A stretch of 64,000 bases of DNA. Origin: a virus (lineage: Duplodnaviria; Heunggongvirae; Uroviricota; Caudoviricetes). The position numbers and the translations under genes were made by a program. Below, piece after piece: positions 58,216-64,000 of this stretch. Below the pieces are notes generated by a model. The model did not search any database and had not been told where the DNA came from. It was given only the letters and a program-made list of their open reading frames with translations. Each line of letters opens with the position of its first letter. Within the stretch, counting starts at the first letter, position 1. The stretch spans positions 53,319-117,318 of IMG/VR virus record IMGVR_UViG_3300033463_000040. The stretch is one strand, 5' to 3'.

Positions 58216-58245
58216 ATTATAGCATTAAATAAATAAAAGTAAAGC
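58216..58245 (-). promoter_or_regulatory. conserved promoter GCTTTAC-N17-TATAAT
   Basis: Motif instance immediately after a terminator. Confidence 0.5.
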
Positions 58246-58287
58246 AAAAAAAAAGACTTACTTCTCTCCAGTCGGCCGAAGTAAGTG
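58246..58287 (-). terminator. rho-independent terminator (acttacttc/gaagtaagt plus T9)
   Basis: Read directly. Confidence 0.55.
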
Positions 58288-59017
58288 CGTATTATAATCT
58301 AAAACATTAAAACGCCGTCAAGCATTTCTATATAATCTTATAGCATATTTGTACAAATGTAAATAAGTAATTTTCCAATTCTATTTATATACTATTTAAA
58401 TCATATAGTTTATCAAATAATAAAGGGGCTTGGTCTAAACTCCTTCCGGAAAGAAATATATTTATTTATCCTTTTTTCGTATTATATTTCCATTTCTGTT
58501 AATATATTTACTACTTCTTTATATTTCTTCATAGGTTACTCTTCACTATGATCAGCCAGAACAGTTACTGGATTAATTCTTATTATAGATATGTATAGAT
58601 AAGAATAAAATTTGCTATATATAAATTGTCATATCCTTTATATATAGTTGAAAGATATACTTCTTTCCCCCGGATATTTGGTTTATCGCAAGCCCCCAGA
58701 AGGATCATCCGCACATTGCCGGGCGTTTTGGAGTCACTACTTCGGTGTATTACTTTTGTAAGGTCTATTGTAGGTCCAATTAATAGAACACATGATTTAA
58801 TATAAAGATTATAAAAAAATTATTATAATTGGAAATTTTCTTGAATGAGGGAGAATACACACTAAATAATACTAAGGAAAGGTATGAATGGTTGATAAAA
58901 AATATCCTTAGTACTATCTAGCGTGGTGTGATAATAGATAATAACAAAAGGAAAATTTAAATGCTAGTTAAATCTATTATCTAATTATATTATATGTTGA
59001 TCTGTTTAAAAAGTAAA

Positions 59018-59188
59018 TTAAAAACTTAATTCACCTGTCACATCATCATAGATTGCTACGATAGCAGAAACCCCTTTATCTAAATATTCATGCATTACAT
59101 CTTGTGCATCTTCATAAGAAGTAAAGGTACGTCCGCAATCTACGTAATTAGCACCGATAAGTACTTTATATAACATACATGTAGCCAT
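59018..59188 (-). CDS. small protein (56 aa, not in the supplied ORF track)
   Basis: MATCMLYKVLIGANYVDCGRTFTSYEDAQDVMHEYLDKGVSAIVAIYDDVTGELSF with an AAGGAG SD 8 nt upstream. Confidence 0.45.
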   Translation of the reverse strand: MATCMLYKVLIGANYVDCGRTFTSYEDAQDVMHEYLDKGVSAIVAIYDDVTGELSF

Positions 59189-59189
59189 C

Positions 59190-59942
59190 TTAGACTCCTT
59201 TGGTTAATATACTTTCAACGTCACTTAATTTAAATAACTTCCCGGTTTTAGCACCAGGCAAAGCCTTTACTTTACATCCTAACTCTTTTAATACTATATC
59301 ATTTAAATAGTATTCAATAGCATCAGATATAAATTGCTGTTGAGATTTTGCATATCCTACTGGAAATACAAAATATCCATCGAGGTTATCTTCTTTATAC
59401 GCTATATTAGGGTAACTTTTACGAAGGATATTTAAGACGATGTCTTTAATTGTAGCTCTGTTTATTTTAAACTTAGTTTGTTGTGATATAAAAGTGTCGT
59501 CTTTATAAAAGTTTGTAAAATCTTGTAAGTTATAAACATATACAGTACAACTATTCTTATAGTCTGTAGCTTCTCTTGTATATGAATACTGCTTAATAAA
59601 GCCTTTACCAGAAACATATAAATAAGCACTATAATCTTTACCTGAATTAGAAAGAACGTATCCTCTATAACCATTTGCTTTTAAAACGTGATATACAATT
59701 TCTGAAATATATATTCTAACAAAAGAAGGTTTTGGTAAGGTCCTTTTCATATGTGCAGCAACCAGACTTTTAATATCATCCGCTGTAATAGTAAGTTTAT
59801 AAGCTTTGTTTGTACGATAACAGCCTCCATTCTTTGGTTTATTTATTAATATTCGAATTGATTCATAGTCTTGTTTATCTGTACCTAAAAAGTATGCTTT
59901 ATCAGTACAATATCCTACTTTGTTAACTTCTTCTATAGTCAT
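59190..59942 (-). CDS. hypothetical protein (paralogue of 60143-60868; ...YYLNDIV..ELGC)
   Basis: Shared C-terminal motif. Confidence 0.45.
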   Translation of the reverse strand: MTIEEVNKVGYCTDKAYFLGTDKQDYESIRILINKPKNGGCYRTNKAYKLTITADDIKSLVAAHMKRTLPKPSFVRIYISEIVYHVLKANGYRGYVLSNSGKDYSAYLYVSGKGFIKQYSYTREATDYKNSCTVYVYNLQDFTNFYKDDTFISQQTKFKINRATIKDIVLNILRKSYPNIAYKEDNLDGYFVFPVGYAKSQQQFISDAIEYYLNDIVLKELGCKVKALPGAKTGKLFKLSDVESILTKGV

Positions 59943-59943
59943 T

Positions 59944-60168
59944 TTATTCTTCCTTAATTTTAATATCTTTTAGTTTATTGAGGCAACCTTCCCCTAAGGT
60001 ATCTTCCATATATTCCCACGTAGTATCATCTACATTCAACTCGATATTACATACATTTAAGTTGTGTTGATTTCTCATTCTAGCTCCAATAACTATACAT
60101 CTTATACAAGTTAAAAAGATTAGGATAAGAAGGATTGCTTTCTTAATTGTCATTGTTATCTCCATCAA
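59944..60168 (-). CDS. small membrane protein
   Basis: ORF with a TM helix. Confidence 0.35.
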   Translation of the reverse strand: MMEITMTIKKAILLILIFLTCIRCIVIGARMRNQHNLNVCNIELNVDDTTWEYMEDTLGEGCLNKLKDIKIKEE

Positions 60169-60868
60169 AAGGTAAAGTAATGAGTTCTAGGTCTATAAAA
60201 GGATTTGCCCAACATCTTGTATAATTCTTTTTAGTTGGTCTAATCTTAATATTACAACCTAAATTATTTTCATTTACTATATGGTTCAAATAGTATTGTA
60301 ATGCTTCTTCAACAAATTTATTATAACTTTCTTTTGTACTAAAACTATAACTTTCCATTCCATAGCATTTATTTAACAGGAAGCCTTTCTTTTTGAGTAT
60401 TTCGATAAGATTGTCTTTAACGGATAAGTTCACCATAGTAACATGAGCTTCTTTTTTATTCTTTTCATCTATTAAAGATTGCTGCTTCTTTGTTCTTGGT
60501 AGTTTTTCAAATTCCGATGCTAAGCCAAAATAGATAGGAAAGTCTTCAGCAAATCCCCATTTCATAGTCCAAAAGGTATGCATAGATTCACTAGAATATA
60601 AGACTATTTTATCTCTAATACCTAAAACTCCTGGTAAATCTAAGACAGTTAAATATGTAACACCTTTACTCATAGCGTAATCTTTAACTGCTGCAGTAAA
60701 TTCTGGTGTTACTCTAACTTTATAAATAGAATTAGTTTTATATATATCTTCCATGCAGCATGGTCGGGATTTTACTCCACCGTGTAATATAGCATTCGAA
60801 TAATTCAAATCTCTTTCTCTAATAAACATTACCATGTCTTTAGAGCAAGGTATATATAATTCTGTCAT
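60143..60868 (-). CDS. hypothetical protein (paralogue of 59190-59942)
   Basis: ...YYLNHIVNENNLGC. Confidence 0.45.
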   Translation of the reverse strand: MTELYIPCSKDMVMFIRERDLNYSNAILHGGVKSRPCCMEDIYKTNSIYKVRVTPEFTAAVKDYAMSKGVTYLTVLDLPGVLGIRDKIVLYSSESMHTFWTMKWGFAEDFPIYFGLASEFEKLPRTKKQQSLIDEKNKKEAHVTMVNLSVKDNLIEILKKKGFLLNKCYGMESYSFSTKESYNKFVEEALQYYLNHIVNENNLGCNIKIRPTKKNYTRCWANPFIDLELITLPFDGDNNDN

Positions 60869-60879
60869 TTCATTCTCCT

Positions 60880-61182
60880 TTATAACTCTAATCTATCTTC
60901 TAATCCGTTTATACCATGCTTAATTGTATAATATAATTCAAATAACTGGTTCATCTGGTCCATACAACCATTCCAATGTGTAACGATATTCCTTGCACAA
61001 TCGAATAATGCCATACGTTGTGGTACTACCATATCAGCCCAATGTCTATAATCTTTGAAATATCCAAACATTTTGCAGCATTCTTCTGGTGTCATGTTAA
61101 TACCTTTATGTTCTTTTAACCACCTACTAAAGGTTTCACATTCACTATATTCTGCTAATACTTCTTTAACAGGATCTGTCAT
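60880..61182 (-). CDS. hypothetical protein
   Basis: ORF. Confidence 0.4.
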   Translation of the reverse strand: MTDPVKEVLAEYSECETFSRWLKEHKGINMTPEECCKMFGYFKDYRHWADMVVPQRMALFDCARNIVTHWNGCMDQMNQLFELYYTIKHGINGLEDRLEL

Positions 61183-61191
61183 ATTAACCTC

Positions 61192-61623
61192 CTAATATTC
61201 TAATATTCCTTTAATATATAATGGACCTTTATCTTTATATATATCCAAAGAATTTAATACTTTAATCATACTACGAGCTTCATCCCAAGTACTAAATTTC
61301 TTTGCTTTATCCTTATCTTCCGTAATACCATTTTCCCCTACGTAAACCCAACCGCATTTAATTATAAAGTAATCATAATACCTTGAATCATCTGGTAAGG
61401 GTTCATCTACAAAGGCTGTTTCAACTATATAGAAGTGACAGTTATCTTCATTTAATGTTTCTTCATAGTCACCATCCATATTGAAGGTACAGTTATCTCC
61501 ATAAGTTTTATTTAAGATACGTGCGGCTTCAATTGCATCTGCTTCTTTACTATAAGCACATATAATGTCCCCATTATATCCTTCTGTAGGTTGGTATTGT
61601 TTAACCACATGTATCTTTTTCAT
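61192..61623 (-). CDS. hypothetical protein
   Basis: ORF. Confidence 0.4.
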   Translation of the reverse strand: MKKIHVVKQYQPTEGYNGDIICAYSKEADAIEAARILNKTYGDNCTFNMDGDYEETLNEDNCHFYIVETAFVDEPLPDDSRYYDYFIIKCGWVYVGENGITEDKDKAKKFSTWDEARSMIKVLNSLDIYKDKGPLYIKGILEY

Positions 61624-61624
61624 T

Positions 61625-61921
61625 CTAAATTTCCTTTGTTTTTAATGCTACTACTGTTATAAATGCTTCATCACCAGGATCATCAGTTTCATACAATTGT
61701 ACTTGTAAGTCTTCTACAATCTTACCTTTAGTATGATCACTTAACCATTCAACTACTACTTGTGGTATATCACCTAGATCATAGTCATCATGATCCCAGA
61801 CTTCTATTTCATAACCTTCACCCATTTCTGCTTCTATTTGTTCACAGAATTCACATGTGCTAAAGTCATCGTGTTTTATTTTAAAACCATTTAATACTTC
61901 CCATAACGCTTTGTTTGCCAT
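61625..61921 (-). CDS. acidic hypothetical protein
   Basis: ORF. Confidence 0.4.
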   Translation of the reverse strand: MANKALWEVLNGFKIKHDDFSTCEFCEQIEAEMGEGYEIEVWDHDDYDLGDIPQVVVEWLSDHTKGKIVEDLQVQLYETDDPGDEAFITVVALKTKEI

Positions 61922-61937
61922 ATTTTACTCCTTTAGT

Positions 61938-62159
61938 TTAGCATGACATCTTTTCAAATTCTTCTGCACAGATTGTTTTGCAAAGATTTGGAAAGAAGAG
62001 TTCAGCATCTAATTTCCAACCGGTTTCACAATAGTCTAAAGATTTTTGTAATTGTTCAATTTGTTTTTTACTATCTTGTTCACCAATATTTTGACCAATA
62101 CCGATACCCCAAACGAATGTCACAATTCCAATAAATAAACAACCAAAAAATGTTTTCAT
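61938..62159 (-). CDS. small secreted protein
   Basis: Signal-peptide-like N-terminus. Confidence 0.35.
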   Translation of the reverse strand: MKTFFGCLFIGIVTFVWGIGIGQNIGEQDSKKQIEQLQKSLDYCETGWKLDAELFFPNLCKTICAEEFEKMSC

Positions 62160-62170
62160 ATTTTACTCTT

Positions 62171-62422
62171 TTAGTGTTCAGTCATCATTTCTTCTAAACT
62201 CATCATAACACTTTCTACAGTATATTCATGAGTTTCTTCACCATTACAGAATTCTTTCATTTGTTTTTCTGCTGCTTTACGTGTGCCATATAAACTAGCC
62301 TCACTTTTATGCTTTACTAAACTTACAGTATTTTCATCATCATCTATTTCTACATAGTGAATATGACCTGTAATTTTACTTGTTGCTTTAATTACAAACA
62401 ACTGTTTAAGTGCTTCTGCCAT
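62171..62422 (-). CDS. hypothetical protein, tandem paralogue A
   Basis: KQLFVIKA..K.TG...YVEIDDD...LVK.KS.A.LYG...TVES shared with 62434-62661. Confidence 0.45.
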   Translation of the reverse strand: MAEALKQLFVIKATSKITGHIHYVEIDDDENTVSLVKHKSEASLYGTRKAAEKQMKEFCNGEETHEYTVESVMMSLEEMMTEH

Positions 62423-62433
62423 ATTATACTCCT

Positions 62434-62661
62434 TTAATGTTCAGTCACTATTATACTTTCTACTGTAAAAGTATTTATTGCTTCACTTTCACAATATTTT
62501 TTCATTTCTCGTAATGCTACTTCATACTTTCCATATAAAGTTGCATCACTTTTATACTTTACTAAGTTTACTTGGTCATCATCTATTTCTATATATCTAG
62601 TAGTACCAGTCTTTTTATTAACTGCTTTAATGACAAACAATTCTTTAAGTGTTTTTGTCAT
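62434..62661 (-). CDS. hypothetical protein, tandem paralogue B
   Basis: Paralogue of 62171-62422. Confidence 0.45.
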   Translation of the reverse strand: MTKTLKELFVIKAVNKKTGTTRYIEIDDDQVNLVKYKSDATLYGKYEVALREMKKYCESEAINTFTVESIIVTEH

Positions 62662-62662
62662 A

Positions 62663-63100
62663 TTATACTCCTTTATATTTACAGTTTGTATTAACTTTAA
62701 ATGGTTTATTTATATCTATTTCTTCAATATCAAATACCGTTATTTTAGATATACCTATTTTAATGAAATAAATATCTTCTTTACTTAGTTTAATGCTAAC
62801 TTTACTATATTTATTTTTTAATGCTAGTTTATAAGTTCTTGCATAAATGTATTTACTGGTTTTACCTATTGTTGCTTTTTCTTTAATAAAAGTCATAATA
62901 ACAGGTTGTACTATTAATTTACTATTTTCTTTATCTACATCTATAATTTTATACTTAACTAAACGACAATCTGCATTTGATGGATAAACTATAATATATT
63001 TGTTTTTTATATTATTAACAATATCATCTATAAACAATACTCTATCTTTAGTAAAGCCATAAGACAAATATTCACCAATTGATACATACTCACGATCCAT
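62663..63100 (-). CDS. hypothetical protein
   Basis: ORF. Confidence 0.4.
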   Translation of the reverse strand: MDREYVSIGEYLSYGFTKDRVLFIDDIVNNIKNKYIIVYPSNADCRLVKYKIIDVDKENSKLIVQPVIMTFIKEKATIGKTSKYIYARTYKLALKNKYSKVSIKLSKEDIYFIKIGISKITVFDIEEIDINKPFKVNTNCKYKGV

Positions 63101-63245
63101 ATTAACCTCCTATGATTATTTTAATTATACCAACTATTAACATGATTATAAAGATAAGAATAATTATACCCACTACTTTAGCTTCATCTGTTTTAGCCTT
63201 ATAATCATCCATTACTGTTGGTCTCATGCTTTACTCCTTTTATAT

Positions 63246-63662
63246 TTATCCCACAAGTTCATCATAGGTATCTGTATATACTTCTTGTTCTTGTTTAGTG
63301 ACTAACCCACATTCCCTTAAGAGTTGAGGGTCACAATCTTCTTCTGGATTAAGATGTCCGCATTCGTAGGCATCTTTATAGTCAGACTTAGCCATTTCTA
63401 TTACTTCTTTTTTACGCTCTTTAGAGATAGGTTCATAGTATTTAATAACTTCATTAAACACTTGCATACCTAATCCAGTTTGAGTTCCATCTAAATGTTG
63501 TCCGAAGTTTTCCCATAACCAATCAATATTAATTGGATTATTATGTTCATCTAATGGAAAGCCTTCTTTCGACATTAAATTATTATCTTCGATGTCTTCA
63601 ATGACCATATCAAAGAATTCTTGGTATTCATCAAAGTCTTTTAAGTTATAAGTAGTACTCAT
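63246..63662 (-). CDS. hypothetical protein
   Basis: ORF. Confidence 0.4.
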   Translation of the reverse strand: MSTTYNLKDFDEYQEFFDMVIEDIEDNNLMSKEGFPLDEHNNPINIDWLWENFGQHLDGTQTGLGMQVFNEVIKYYEPISKERKKEVIEMAKSDYKDAYECGHLNPEEDCDPQLLRECGLVTKQEQEVYTDTYDELVG

Positions 63663-63678
63663 ATCTATTCTCCTTTAA

Positions 63679-63864
63679 CTATATCTTTTCTATAGTAAAT
63701 GTTCTTAATGGTGCAATCTCGGATAAATCTGCTCTGGCATTTTGTGCTTCCCCTAAGGTATCAAATATCCTTGCAGCACCTTTATCAAAGATTATTTCAA
63801 GCATATCAAAGTCACTATTATATGACATTACATAACCACCATCATCTCTTTTTATAACATACAT
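63679..63864 (-). CDS. hypothetical protein
   Basis: ORF. Confidence 0.35.
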   Translation of the reverse strand: MYVIKRDDGGYVMSYNSDFDMLEIIFDKGAARIFDTLGEAQNARADLSEIAPLRTFTIEKI

Positions 63865-63887
63865 ATTAAACTTCTTTAGATTGCTGG

Positions 63888-64000
63888 GATTAACAATACT
63901 GATTGATCTCCGGGTTTAACTGTAGAATTTACATATTCATCATCTTCTTCTAACTTACCTACTTGTACCTCGAATAAATCCCCAATAGTATTTATTTCTG
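63888..64000 (-). CDS. hypothetical protein, 3' part (runs in from beyond the window end)
   Basis: Open frame to the window edge, ending in TAA at 63888-63890. Confidence 0.25.

Noticed and set aside
59462-59674. 70-aa ORF nested antisense-in-frame within 59190-59942
   Set aside because: It lies wholly inside a longer ORF on the same strand in another frame, is low complexity, and is almost certainly spurious.

Overview
This window looks like part of an AT-rich (roughly 28-30% GC by eye) bacteriophage genome, probably a large virulent phage. I saw no integrase, CRISPR array or reverse transcriptase. Nearly all genes run on the minus strand.

Layout:
- 1-21.6 kb: a tail-fibre / receptor-binding-protein supermodule. 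It holds seven paralogous BspA-type leucine-rich-repeat (LRR) proteins and four or five fibre proteins that share a 'LPSQ(S/T)GQ(S/A)GKFLTTDGT.ASW' motif. N-terminal domains are shuffled between paralogues, and one LRR-gene + fibre-gene unit is duplicated.
- 21.7-28.1 kb: a tRNA island with 17 minus-strand tRNAs. These include an initiator-type tRNA-fMet, a tRNA-Leu(UAA) split by a ~700-nt group I intron carrying an HNH homing endonuclease, and a tRNA-Tyr(GUA) split by a shorter, related intron without an ORF. The island also holds an acyl carrier protein gene, a second HNH gene whose catalytic motif is reachable only by a -1 shift at an A-AAA-AAG heptamer, and several ORF-free, GC-enriched, hairpin-rich segments. 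The largest is ~1.2 kb.
- 28.1-55.7 kb: a dense array of small early/middle-type genes. Recognisable products are a family-2 (MUG-like) uracil-DNA glycosylase, a HAD phosphatase, NUDIX, peptide deformylase, a secreted L,D-transpeptidase, a lipoprotein, a thermonuclease, a trifunctional Pnkp-like RNA repair enzyme, an M16 peptidase, an SPFH/band-7 protein, a sigma-region-4-like protein, a GNAT, an ASCH protein, HNH and GIY-YIG-like endonucleases, and tandem paralogue families.
- 55.98-57.52 kb: a plus-strand, codon-biased putative major capsid protein with a UUCG-tetraloop terminator, followed by 1.5 kb of repeat-containing non-coding DNA.
- 59-64 kb: more small minus-strand genes.

A conserved sigma70-like promoter (GCTTTAC, 17-18 nt spacer, TATAAT) recurs twelve times on the minus strand. 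Two copies fire into short, terminator-bounded transcripts with no ORF, which are candidate sRNA or leader elements.

Functional calls are motif-level readings of the translations. tRNA anticodons were folded by hand.
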